Assembly (NCBI GenBank): GCA_963843975.1
Contig: CAWJMG010000001.1
Span: 1,385,532-1,417,531, forward strand
Length of the DNA: 32,000 nt
From: an uncultured Actinomycetes bacterium
Lineage (GTDB): Bacteria; Actinomycetota; Actinomycetes; S36-B12; CAIYMF01
Direction: 5' to 3'
The notes beneath the pieces are model-generated. The model was not told the origin of the DNA and searched no databases. It saw only the letters and a program-made list of their open reading frames with translations. Position numbers and translations under genes: made by a program. This document shows, in pieces, positions 7,649 through 16,268 of the stretch; the stretch's first letter is position 1, and each line of letters starts with the position of its first letter.

Positions 7649-9307
7649 TCAGCGGGGCATGTCGCGGCGGCGGAGGCCGAGCACGCCCACCGCGACCAAG
7701 GCGACCGTGCCCAAGGTGGGGACGAGCAGCGGGGCCAGCGTCAGCGGCTGCGCGGGCCACAGCGGCAGGTGGCCGAACGGCGAGGTCTGCTGCAGCCAGT
7801 CGGGCAGCCCGATCACCGCGCCGAAGTAGCCCGCCAGCAGGCACCAGACGATCACCAGCCAGGAGACGACCGAGGCCCAGCGGGGCAGGACGCCGACCAG
7901 GGCGAGCGGAACGGCGGCGACCAGCACGGTGGCGGGCGCGCTGACGAGCGCAGCGCCGAGGCCCCGGAGCGCCTGGCCGGCTATGTCGCCCGACGTCGCG
8001 CCGTATACGAGGCCGAGGGACAGGCCGCCGACGGCGAGCAGGAGCACCGACCCCGCGAGCGCGGTGCTGCCGTGGCCGGCGAGCCAGGTGGTGCGGCCGA
8101 TCGCGCAGGTCAGCACGGTCTCGGCGCGGCCGTCCTCCTCCTCGCTGCGCAGGCGCAGAGCAGCCGAGACGCCGTACGCGGCGGCGATGATCCCGAACAG
8201 CCCGGTCATGGTGACGAGGAAGAGGTCGCGGATGTCGGTCACGCCGCCCGCGAGCCTCTGGAGCAGCTCGACGAGCGACGGGTTCTTCGACACGAGGTCT
8301 GCAGACGTGTCGAGCAGCGATCCCTCGAATGCCCCCAGGACGGCGAACCCGATCGCCCAGCCCACGAGGTAGCCCCGGTCGAGGCGCCAGGCGAGGGCGA
8401 CGGGTCCGGAGATCCAGCTCGACGCACGCGCGCGGCTGCGACGTTGCGCGAGCAGACCATCGCCGACGTCGCGGCGGGACTCCACGTGCAGGGCGGCGAG
8501 GGCGAGGGCGCCCGCCACGACCAGCGAGAGGGCGATGAGCCACCACCGTTCGCCGGCGTAGGCGCGCGTCTGCTGCATCCAGCCGAACGGTGTCAGCCAC
8601 GGAAGCGGGCTGCCGTCGGACTGGCCGTTCCCGACCGCGGTGATGAGGAACGCGAGCCCGGCCGTCGCCCCCGCGATGCCGTTGGTCGCGCGCGACGTGC
8701 GTGCGAGCTGGGTGGCGATCGCGGCCACTCCGGCGAAGACGAGGGAAGCCGCCGCCACTGTGGTGGCGAAGGCGATCGAGCCCGCGACGCCGAGGCCCAT
8801 CGCCGACAGCACCACGGCGGTCACGACCGCAAAGAGGCCGAGCATGACCGAGGCGGCCAGCAGTGCGGCGGTCAGCGGCGCCGCGCGTCCGACCGGTGCA
8901 CCCAGCACCAGCTCGGTGCGGCCCTGCGCCTCGTCGGCGCGCGAGTGCCGCACGACGAGGAACGACGCCGCGAGCGAGAGCGCGATCGTGGATCCCGAGC
9001 CCACCCGCCAGGCCGTGAGCCCGCCGGTCGACAGCGGGTCGAAGAGCGGCCCCAGGATCGAGCTCAGCGTGGGATCGCCGGAGAGCGATGCGGCGAGCGA
9101 CAGCCTCTCCTCGGCCGACGGGTAGAGGCGGTCCCAGGACGACGCGACGGACGCGTTGAGGAGTGCGGAGCCGACCGCCCAGGCGGGGATGCGCACGCGG
9201 CTCCGGCGCAGCGCGAGCTTCAGGAGTGCGCCCGCGCCGTAGAACGCGGAGGAGGGCGCCGGCATCGTGAGCAGCGCAAGGCGCGATGGCGCCGTGGTCG
9301 TGCTCAT
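7649..9307 (-). CDS. ABC-2 type exporter permease (12-TM, polyketide-antibiotic-exporter-like)
   Basis: The real gene is the C-terminal 552 aa of track ORF 7649..9991, starting MSTTTAPSRLALL at ATG 9307. That ATG overlaps the ATPase stop (ATGA). The product is highly hydrophobic throughout. Confidence 0.85.
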   Translation of the reverse strand: MSTTTAPSRLALLTMPAPSSAFYGAGALLKLALRRSRVRIPAWAVGSALLNASVASSWDRLYPSAEERLSLAASLSGDPTLSSILGPLFDPLSTGGLTAWRVGSGSTIALSLAASFLVVRHSRADEAQGRTELVLGAPVGRAAPLTAALLAASVMLGLFAVVTAVVLSAMGLGVAGSIAFATTVAAASLVFAGVAAIATQLARTSRATNGIAGATAGLAFLITAVGNGQSDGSPLPWLTPFGWMQQTRAYAGERWWLIALSLVVAGALALAALHVESRRDVGDGLLAQRRSRARASSWISGPVALAWRLDRGYLVGWAIGFAVLGAFEGSLLDTSADLVSKNPSLVELLQRLAGGVTDIRDLFLVTMTGLFGIIAAAYGVSAALRLRSEEEDGRAETVLTCAIGRTTWLAGHGSTALAGSVLLLAVGGLSLGLVYGATSGDIAGQALRGLGAALVSAPATVLVAAVPLALVGVLPRWASVVSWLVIVWCLLAGYFGAVIGLPDWLQQTSPFGHLPLWPAQPLTLAPLLVPTLGTVALVAVGVLGLRRRDMPR

Positions 9308-10200
9308 GCCTCGGCCCGGTCGTAGTAGCGGAGGAACATCTCCTCCAGCGTGGGCGGCCGGCTCTCGAGGCTGACGATCCCTGCAGCCGTCAGGTGGGTG
9401 AGCAGGTCGGCGAGGCCCTTCGGCTCGACGGTGCACCGCAGCGTGCGGTCGACGTACGACACGTCGTGCAGGCCGACGACGTCCTCGAGGCCGTGCAGCT
9501 CGTGGCTCGTCACCGCGACCACCGACATCCGCTGGAGATGGCGGAGCTCTGCGAGCGACCCCGACTCCACGATGCGACCGGCGCGCACGATCGAGATGCG
9601 GTCGCAGACGGCGTCCACCTCGGCCAGCACGTGGCTCGAGAGCAGGATCGTGCAGCCCTTCGCGCCCAGCGCCTCCACCTCGGTGCGGAACACCTCGGAC
9701 ATGAGCGGGTCGAGGCCGTCGGTCGGCTCGTCGAAGACGTACAGCTCGACATCGGCAGCAAGGGCCGCGACGAGGGCGACCTTCTGCCGGTTGCCCTTGG
9801 AGTACGCGGACACCTTCACCGACGGGTCGAGCGCGAACGCCTCGACGAGCCGGTCGCGCCGGGCGGCATCGAGGCCGCCGCGCATCCGGCCGAGGATGTC
9901 GATCGTCTCGCCGCCGGTGAGGTTGGGCCACAGCGAGACCTCGCCGGGCACGTAGGCGAGGCGCGAGTGCAGCGCGACGCCGTCCTTCCACGGGTCGCCG
10001 TCGAGGAGGTGCGCGGTGCCGGAGTCGGCGCGCAGCATCCCGAGCAGGATGCGCAGCGTGGTGGTCTTGCCGGCACCGTTGGGGCCGAGGAACCCGTGCG
10101 TCTCGCCACGGTCGACGACCAGGTCGAGGCCGTCGAGCGCCCGAGTCGTGCCGAAGCTCTTGACCAGCCCGTGCACGTCGATGACCGCGTCGTTGCTCAC
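9304..10200 (-). CDS. ABC transporter ATP-binding protein (DrrA-like)
   Basis: Walker A GPNGAGKTT, signature YSKGNRQKV, Walker B LYVFDEPTDGLD. 298 aa, translationally coupled to the permease. Confidence 0.92.
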   Translation of the reverse strand: MSNDAVIDVHGLVKSFGTTRALDGLDLVVDRGETHGFLGPNGAGKTTTLRILLGMLRADSGTAHLLDGDPWKDGVALHSRLAYVPGEVSLWPNLTGGETIDILGRMRGGLDAARRDRLVEAFALDPSVKVSAYSKGNRQKVALVAALAADVELYVFDEPTDGLDPLMSEVFRTEVEALGAKGCTILLSSHVLAEVDAVCDRISIVRAGRIVESGSLAELRHLQRMSVVAVTSHELHGLEDVVGLHDVSYVDRTLRCTVEPKGLADLLTHLTAAGIVSLESRPPTLEEMFLRYYDRAEA

Positions 10201-10489
10201 GCGTCCTGTCTACTCCTCTGCGGCGCCCGAGGTGGGCGTAGCCGCGACGGCGTATCCGCCAGGGGCCGGAAACGACCGCGACGCCGGTGCCCCCGCGCGG
10301 CTACCGTGGACCCGACAGCGCCCGGCACCCGGTGCGCCGCACCCCCGAGGAGGACGTCATGGCTGCCCGAAACCTGGCCGGCGTCCCCGGGATCCCCTGC
10401 GGCTGAGCCGTTCTCGCTCGTCGTACGACCCGCCAGACCCGGTCTCCCCGACCCCCGCGCGTGCCCGCGCGCCCCTCGATGGAGCAACC

Positions 10490-11536
10490 GTGTCCCTCAC
10501 CGTCCACTCCCTGGCCGACCTCGGCTGGGATCCCTCTCTTCTTCCGAACGACCACCCCTCCGGGCGCCCAGCACGCGTGACGCTGCAGGGCCGCGACGTC
10601 TGGCGGGTGCACGACGGAGCAGCCGAGCACAGCGTCGGCGTACGCGGCCGGCTGCGCGCCGAGCCCGGCTCGCTGCCGGTCGCCGGCGACTGGGTGCTGC
10701 TCGGCGGCGCTGCCGCCGATCCCGTCATCGACGCCGTCCTCCCTCGCCGTACGTCGCTGGTCCGCAAGCAGGCCGGGCAGCGCACGGTCGAGCAGGTGAT
10801 CGCCGCGAACGTCGACGTCGTGCTCGTCTGCGCCCCCGCCCACTCCCTCAACGCCCGGCGGCTCGAGCGCGAGCTCACCGTGGTGTGGGAGTCGGGGGCG
10901 ACGCCGGTCGTCGTCGTCACGAAGTCCGACCTGCTGCAGGACGACGTCGTCGAGACGCTGGCGGAGGTGCGCGGCGTCGCGCTCGGTGTCGAGGTGCTCG
11001 CGGTGTCGTCGTACGACGGCGACGGCCTCGACGAGGTGCGCGCCCTCATGCCCCCGGGCGTGACCGGTGCCGCGATCGGGCCGTCAGGTGCGGGGAAGTC
11101 GACGCTGGTCAACGCGCTCGTCGGGCACGAGGTCCTCGCGACGACCGCGGTGCGCGCGGACCACCGCGGCGTGCACACGACCAGTGCGCGCCACCTCGTC
11201 CCGCTGCCGGGCGGCGGCCTCGTGCTCGACACACCCGGGATGCGCGAGCTGGTCCTGTGGGCCGACGACGACGCGCTCGACGCGACCTTCGCCGACGTCG
11301 ACTCGTTCGCGTCGCTCTGCCGTTTCTCCGACTGCGGTCATCACGCGGAGCCGGGCTGCGCCGTGCTCGTCGCCGTCGAGTCGGGCGAGCTCGACGAGGC
11401 GCGGCTCGAGTCGTGGCGCAAGCTGCAGCGAGAGCTCGCGCACCTGGCCCGCAAGCAGGACGCACGACTGGCGTCCGATGAGCGCAAGCGCTGGGCCCGG
11501 ATGACCCGCGAGGGGCGGTCCCGCGCCCGGGAGTGA
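10490..11536 (+). CDS. rsgA: ribosome small-subunit-dependent GTPase A
   Basis: GTG 10490 is preceded by GGAG. Motifs: circularly permuted GTPase VVVVTKSDL, GPSGAGKSTLVNAL, DTPGMRE, and the zinc motif CRFSDCGHHAEPGC. The part of track ORF 10016..11536 upstream of 10490 is antisense shadow of the ABC ATPase. Confidence 0.9.
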   Translation: MSLTVHSLADLGWDPSLLPNDHPSGRPARVTLQGRDVWRVHDGAAEHSVGVRGRLRAEPGSLPVAGDWVLLGGAAADPVIDAVLPRRTSLVRKQAGQRTVEQVIAANVDVVLVCAPAHSLNARRLERELTVVWESGATPVVVVTKSDLLQDDVVETLAEVRGVALGVEVLAVSSYDGDGLDEVRALMPPGVTGAAIGPSGAGKSTLVNALVGHEVLATTAVRADHRGVHTTSARHLVPLPGGGLVLDTPGMRELVLWADDDALDATFADVDSFASLCRFSDCGHHAEPGCAVLVAVESGELDEARLESWRKLQRELAHLARKQDARLASDERKRWARMTREGRSRARE

Positions 11537-11555
11537 CGCTGGGATCGGTTGGGGC

Positions 11556-12566
11556 TCAGGCAGTCTGGGCGGTATCGGCGTCGTCGTCCGTCACGCAGCA
11601 GAAGTTGCGGCGGTACGCCAACGGCGAGGTGCCGCGGATCCGCCCGAAGTGGTGGCGCAGCACGGTGCCCGAGCCGAAGCCGACCTTCGACGCGATCTCG
11701 TCGACGCCGAGGTTCGTGTCCTCGAGCAGGCGGCACGCGGCGTCGACCCGGCGGGAGAGCAGCCATGAGTACGGCGTGGTGCCCGTCTCCTCGCGGAAGC
11801 GTCGCGCGAACGTGCGGGGGCTCATGAGCGCGTGCGCGGCCATGTCGTCGACGCCGATCTCCTCGTCGAGGTGGCCGAGCATCCAGTCGAGCGTGGGGCC
11901 GAGGCCGTCCTCGCTGGTGACCGGGATCGGCAGCGCGACGTACTGCGCCTGGCCGCCGTCGCGGTGCGGCGGCACGACCATGCGTCGCGCGATGGCGTTG
12001 GCCACGCGAGAGCCGTAGTCCTGCCGCACGACGTGCAGGCACAGGTCGATGCCCGCGGCCGTGCCGGCGCTCGTGAGGATCGGGCCGTCCTCGACGTAGA
12101 GGACGTCCGGCTGCACGTCGACGGTCGGGTAGCGCCGCGCGAAGTCCTCGACGTAGCGCCAGTGCGTGGTGGCCTTGCGGCCCTCGAGCAGGCCGGCCGC
12201 CGCTGCGACGTACGAGCCGGAGCACACGGTGAGGATCCGGGCGCCGCGCGCCACCGCGGCCTGCAGTGCCTCGACGACGTCGGGCGCGAGCACGAGATCG
12301 ACCTCGGGCTCCTTGTCGAGGCCGAGCGCGGGGATGCAGATGATGTCGGCCGTTGCGACGCGGTCGAGCCGGTGCTCCGGGAGCAGGTCCATCCCGCCGT
12401 ACGACGCGTGGACGCGCTCGTGCACCGAGGCGACGGCGAAGTCGAACGCGGGCACGCCGTCGCCGGTGCGGTCGACGCCGAACACCTCGTAGACGACGCC
12501 GAGCTCGAACGGTGCGTAGGTCGAGCCGACGAGCAGCGCGACGACGTCACGGGCGGGTGCGGGCAT
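11556..12566 (-). CDS. GlxA family transcriptional regulator (DJ-1/PfpI domain + AraC-type HTH)
   Basis: 336 aa. The N-terminal DJ-1/PfpI-like fold has TVCSGSYV. The C-terminal AraC HTH reads MSPRTFARRFREETGTTPYSWLLSRRV...VGFGSGTVLRHHF. Confidence 0.88.
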   Translation of the reverse strand: MPAPARDVVALLVGSTYAPFELGVVYEVFGVDRTGDGVPAFDFAVASVHERVHASYGGMDLLPEHRLDRVATADIICIPALGLDKEPEVDLVLAPDVVEALQAAVARGARILTVCSGSYVAAAAGLLEGRKATTHWRYVEDFARRYPTVDVQPDVLYVEDGPILTSAGTAAGIDLCLHVVRQDYGSRVANAIARRMVVPPHRDGGQAQYVALPIPVTSEDGLGPTLDWMLGHLDEEIGVDDMAAHALMSPRTFARRFREETGTTPYSWLLSRRVDAACRLLEDTNLGVDEIASKVGFGSGTVLRHHFGRIRGTSPLAYRRNFCCVTDDDADTAQTA

Positions 12567-12595
12567 GGCAGGAGCATGCCAGGACTGTTGGCAGC

Positions 12596-12654
12596 ATGTC
12601 TACGGGGTATGTCTATCCTGCCACTCGCGGGCAGGATCTACGTGCAGGCAGGAT
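12596..12654. promoter_or_regulatory. cluster of short repeats upstream of the GlxA-type regulator gene
   Basis: ATGTCTA occurs twice (12596-12602, 12609-12615). Inverted repeat ATCCTGCC (12615-12622) / GGCAGGAT (12630-12637), plus a third GGCAGGAT at 12647-12654. The region is AT-richer than its surroundings. Confidence 0.4.
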
Positions 12655-12661
12655 TTCTGCC

Positions 12662-12829
12662 ATGACCACCACTGCATTCCTCCTCCTGCTGCTCGCGGCC
12701 ACCGTTCTCGTCGTGGTCGCCGTCGTCCGGGCCGTGCGCCAGGACCCCGCCCGTGCCATCCCCTGCTCGCACTGCGACACGTTCTCCCCGCGCTGGGCCG
12801 GCGGGTCGACCAGCCGCTGGTCGGTCTAG
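12662..12829 (+). CDS. possible small membrane protein (55 aa)
   Basis: ATG 12662, product MTTTAFLLLLLAATVLVVVAVVRAV...CSHCDTFSPRW. One TM helix, G/C-rich third positions, followed by a strong hairpin at 12846-12877. Confidence 0.4.
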   Translation: MTTTAFLLLLLAATVLVVVAVVRAVRQDPARAIPCSHCDTFSPRWAGGSTSRWSV

Positions 12830-12845
12830 CCACTGGCCCAGCAAT

Positions 12846-12877
12846 GGTCTGCCCGCCTCCTCAGGGGCGGGCGGACC
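12846..12877 (+). terminator. stem-loop downstream of the small ORF
   Basis: GGTCTGCCCGCC-tcctcagg-GGCGGGCGGACC: 12-bp stem with one mismatch, 17 nt after the stop at 12829. Confidence 0.45.
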
Positions 12878-12936
12878 TGTGTCCGGGGGCCGTTCGGCCG
12901 AGATGCCGGACGCCGCATCGGTGGGACGCTCGCGGG

Positions 12937-13776
12937 ATGACCGGCGACGAGATCGGCTCCGAGCGCTCACGGCAAGTGGGCCGACTGTTCGACGCGCTCG
13001 CGGCCACCTATGACGCCGTGGGCGTGGACTTCTTCGGCCCGATCGCCGCGGGGCTGCTCGCGGCCATGCCGCCGGTGCCCGGCGAGCGATGGCTCGACAT
13101 CGGCGTGGGCCGCGGAGCCGTCCTCCTGCCCGCTGCTGCCGTCATCGGCCACGACGGGCGCTCGGTCGGCACCGACATCTCCGCGGGGATGGTCGCCGCC
13201 TGTCGCGACGTCGCCGAGGCAGCGGGCCTCCCGTTCGTCGAGCTCGTGCAGGATGACGCCCAGGCCCCGGCCGTGACCGGGCCGTTCGACACCGTGTCGT
13301 CCTCGCTCGTCCTGTTCTTCCTCGCAGATCCCGCGGCGGCGCTGAGGGGATGGCTGCCGCTGCTCGCCTCGGGCGGGCGGATCGGCGTCACGACGTTCGG
13401 CGCGAACGACCCGCGCTGGGACGCCGTCGACGACGTGTTCACGCCGTACCTCCCGCCCGACCTCCGCGACGCACGCACGACGGGGGCCGCCGGTCCGTTC
13501 GGCTCCGACGCCGGCATGGAGGCGCTGCTCGCGTCGGCGGGCTACGTCGACGTGCGGACCGTGACCGACCGGGTGCCGGTGCGGTTCGCCGACGCCGACC
13601 AGTGGCACGCGTTCACGTGGTCCGTCGGCCAGCGGCGGATGTGGATGAGCGTGCCGGAGGCCGAGCGCGAGAGCGTGCGCGCGGCGGCCTACGAGCGGCT
13701 CACCGAGCACACCGACGCCGACGGCTCGATCACGTTCGTGCAGGGAGTGCGCCACACGTTGGCCCGCCGGCCCTGA
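12937..13776 (+). CDS. class I SAM-dependent methyltransferase
   Basis: Starts at ATG 12937 (MTGDEIGSERS...) within track ORF 12565..13776. SAM motif I WLDIGVGRGAV, then an acidic loop GTDIS. 279 aa. Confidence 0.8.
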   Translation: MTGDEIGSERSRQVGRLFDALAATYDAVGVDFFGPIAAGLLAAMPPVPGERWLDIGVGRGAVLLPAAAVIGHDGRSVGTDISAGMVAACRDVAEAAGLPFVELVQDDAQAPAVTGPFDTVSSSLVLFFLADPAAALRGWLPLLASGGRIGVTTFGANDPRWDAVDDVFTPYLPPDLRDARTTGAAGPFGSDAGMEALLASAGYVDVRTVTDRVPVRFADADQWHAFTWSVGQRRMWMSVPEAERESVRAAAYERLTEHTDADGSITFVQGVRHTLARRP

Positions 13777-13782
13777 CCGGGC

Positions 13783-14400
13783 TCAGCGCGAGGCACGCCT
13801 CGGGCCGACCACCCGCGCCGCGAGGAACATGTCCACGGCGTCGTCGGTGAGCCGGCGCCAGCGAGTGCCGCCGGGGTCGTTGCTGATCTGCTGCGAGGCC
13901 AGACCGGTGAGCAGCGCCGTCCACAGATCGAGGTCCTGCCGGCGCACCGCGCCCGCGGACACCAGCACCTCGCGCGCGCGGTCGAGCATCTCCTCGGCCC
14001 CGGCGTACGAGGGTGCCGACGGCTCGAACCCGGGGATCGTGCGCAGGAACAGCAGCTGGTAGCGCGCGGCGTCTGCGGCGCAGAAGTCCACGAAGAAGTG
14101 CGCGATCCGCCGCAGGAGGTCCGCGTGATCGCCCGAGGCGTCGAGCTCGGCGGCCGCGTCGGCCAGCTGCCGGTTGCCGTCGGCGAACAGCGCGTCGTAG
14201 ACGTCGTTCTTACTGGCGAAGTAGACGTAGAGGGAGGGTGCGCGCATGCCGACGCCGTCGGCGAGGTCCTTCAGGGTCCATCCGGTCAGCCCCCGCTCGG
14301 CGGCGAGCCGCCAGGCGACGTCGAGCACCTCGCGCCGCGTGGCGAGGTGCCGTTCCGCCTTGCGATCCCGTCCGTCCCGGACCCGTTCCTCCGCGGTCAC
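13783..14400 (-). CDS. TetR/AcrR family transcriptional regulator
   Basis: 205 aa with an N-terminal TetR HTH (GWTLKDLADGVGMRAPSLYVYFASKNDVYDAL). The GTG start at 14400 lies 6 nt downstream of a TAAGAT -10-like box, so the mRNA is probably leaderless. Confidence 0.88.
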   Translation of the reverse strand: MTAEERVRDGRDRKAERHLATRREVLDVAWRLAAERGLTGWTLKDLADGVGMRAPSLYVYFASKNDVYDALFADGNRQLADAAAELDASGDHADLLRRIAHFFVDFCAADAARYQLLFLRTIPGFEPSAPSYAGAEEMLDRAREVLVSAGAVRRQDLDLWTALLTGLASQQISNDPGGTRWRRLTDDAVDMFLAARVVGPRRASR

Positions 14401-14464
14401 CTAACGATCTTAGGCAAACCTCTTGACGTGAGGCAATGGTGGAGATCACCCTAACGTCGTTAGG
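14400..14464. promoter_or_regulatory. two related palindromic operators in the TetR / DinB-gene divergent region
   Basis: CCTAACGATCTTAGG (14400-14414) and CCTAACGTCGTTAGG (14450-14464) share CCTAA(C)...(G)TTAGG arms. A TTGACG -35-like hexamer at 14423-14428 lies between them. Confidence 0.55.
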
Positions 14465-14491
14465 AAAACCGCGGACCCTCCGGGAGGCGCC

Positions 14492-15229
14492 ATGACCAGG
14501 ACGACCGACGAGGCGGTGCTCGTCGATCACGCCACCTGGATGAGCCTCGCGACGACCGAGTACGCGCGCCTGCTCGACCCGCTCGGCGGTCTCGGCCCCG
14601 CCGAGTGGGAGCGGCCGACCGACTGCACCGAGTGGGACGTGCGGGCGATGGTCGCCCACCTGGTCGGGGCTGCCGAGGGGAACGCCCGCATCCGCGAGGC
14701 GGTCCGGCAGGCAGCCGTCGGACGCCGCCGCTTCCCGCGGCCGATGCTCGTCGACTCGATCAACTGCGTGCAGGTGGCCGACCGCGCGGACCACGCCCCG
14801 TCCCGCCTTCTGGCGGACCTCGCGGACGCCGGGCGGCGCGGCGTGGCCGCGCGGAGCCGGATCCCCGGAGTCGTCCGGGCCGTGGTGGTGCCGATCGGAC
14901 CACCGCTGGGCACCAAGCCCGTGGGCTACCTGATGGACCGCATCTACACGCGCGACGCGTGGATGCACCGGATCGACATCGCGCGCGCCACGGGACGACA
15001 GCTCGCGGTCACCCCGGAGCACGACGGGCTCCTCGTGGCCGATCTCGTCTCAGAGTGGGCAACGCTGCACGACGCGGACTTCGACCTCCTCCTCACCGGG
15101 CCGGCCGGGCTCCGCCGCAGCCGAGGCACGGCGGGGGAGCGGATCGAGATCGACGCGATCGAGTTCGCCCGTGCCCTGGCCGGGCGGACGTCCGGCGCCG
15201 GACTCCTCGGCGTCGCCGTCCCGTTCTGA
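14492..15229 (+). CDS. maleylpyruvate isomerase family / mycothiol-dependent (DinB-fold) protein
   Basis: 245 aa. The N-terminal DinB/MDMPI-type region (WERPTDCTEWDVRAMVAHLVG) is typical of actinobacterial mycothiol-dependent enzymes. GGGAGG SD upstream. Confidence 0.75.
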   Translation: MTRTTDEAVLVDHATWMSLATTEYARLLDPLGGLGPAEWERPTDCTEWDVRAMVAHLVGAAEGNARIREAVRQAAVGRRRFPRPMLVDSINCVQVADRADHAPSRLLADLADAGRRGVAARSRIPGVVRAVVVPIGPPLGTKPVGYLMDRIYTRDAWMHRIDIARATGRQLAVTPEHDGLLVADLVSEWATLHDADFDLLLTGPAGLRRSRGTAGERIEIDAIEFARALAGRTSGAGLLGVAVPF

Positions 15230-15406
15230 CCGGGCGGCGGAAGGACGGCCACCGACGTCGCGGCGACCGGTGAACGGCCGTCCCGATGCCCAGCGGGTGC
15301 GAGGGCGCCGCGGGACGAGACGTAGGTGCCGGCCCCTCGACGAGGGAACACGCGGGGCGAGGATGGGGTTGACGGTTCAACCACGATCCCGACCGGAAGG
15401 CCTCCC

Positions 15407-16192
15407 ATGACCGAGCCCACGTACGTCGACTGGATCCATGCCGCGCGCGCTTCGCACGAGCGGCTGTCCGGGATCGCCGCAGGTCTGACCGAGGACCAGC
15501 TCGTCGCGCAGTCGTACGACACGGAGTGGACGGTCGCCCAGGTGCTCTCGCACATCGGCAGCGGCGCCGAGATCTTCGGGCTCATCCTCGACGCGTCCCT
15601 GGCCGGCGCGGAGGCTCCCGGCGGCGAGCAGTTCCAGGCTGTCTGGGCTGAGTGGAACGCCAAGTCGTCCGTCGCGATGCGCGACGACGCGATCGCGTCC
15701 AACACGTCGCTCGTCGACAAGCTGGAGGCCGTCACCCCCGAGCAGGCCGAGTCGGTGCTGTTCTCCTTCGGCCCGTTCTCGCTCGACCTCGCCGGTTTCG
15801 TGCGCATGCGTCTCAGCGAGCACGCGCTGCACACCTGGGACGTCGCGGTCTTCGTCGACCCCGAGGCCGCCGTGGCGCAGGACGCCGTGGCCCTGCTCCT
15901 CCCTGGCCTCGGCCAGATGGCAGGACGCGCCGGCAAGGCGGCCGACCCCGCGTTCTCGGTTCGGCTCGCGACGACCGACGGTCTCGGCGCCTGGGCGGTG
16001 CAGGCCAGCGAGTCCGCTGCGTTCGGCCCGGCCGACGACTCAGCGTCGTACGACGGGGAGGTGGCCCTGCCCGGCGAGGCGCTCCTGCGCCTCATCGCGG
16101 GTCGCCTCGACCCAGACCACACACCGGCCGGCGTCACCGAGTCGGGCGCCCGCGGCCTGGCCGACCTCCGCCAGGTCTTCCCCGGCTTCTGA
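15407..16192 (+). CDS. DinB-fold / maleylpyruvate isomerase N-terminal domain protein
   Basis: Start ATG 15407 with GGAAGG SD, within track ORF 15326..16192. Contains SYDTEWTVAQVLSHIGSGAE, a DinB-like metal-site helix. 261 aa. Confidence 0.72.
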   Translation: MTEPTYVDWIHAARASHERLSGIAAGLTEDQLVAQSYDTEWTVAQVLSHIGSGAEIFGLILDASLAGAEAPGGEQFQAVWAEWNAKSSVAMRDDAIASNTSLVDKLEAVTPEQAESVLFSFGPFSLDLAGFVRMRLSEHALHTWDVAVFVDPEAAVAQDAVALLLPGLGQMAGRAGKAADPAFSVRLATTDGLGAWAVQASESAAFGPADDSASYDGEVALPGEALLRLIAGRLDPDHTPAGVTESGARGLADLRQVFPGF

Positions 16193-16198
16193 CCTCGA

Positions 16199-16245
16199 TC
16201 TGGATGCGTGAGAGTCCGGTATCCAGGCCGATCAGCCATCCAGAA
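16199..16245. other. inverted repeat TCTGGATG ... CATCCAGA with internal repeats
   Basis: TCTGGATG (16199-16206) and CATCCAGA (16238-16245) are reverse complements, 31 nt apart. Inside are ATCCAG x2 and GTCCGG x2. The element starts 7 nt after the stop at 16192. The same arm sequence recurs at 29981-30032. Confidence 0.4.
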
Positions 16246-16268
16246 CGGGTCCGGCTAGGTTCGACGGC

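Noticed and set aside
12891-12897. CGTTCGG half-site upstream of the methyltransferase gene
   Set aside because: There is no matching CCGAACGA arm at the correct spacing, so it is an isolated half-site.
15367-15382. GGTTGA-CGGT-TCAACC palindrome 25 nt upstream of the second DinB-type gene
   Set aside because: It is a single short 6-bp-arm repeat with no second copy and no matching promoter geometry. It is too weak to call as an operator, although it resembles the TTGAA/TTCAA sites at 23338-23390.
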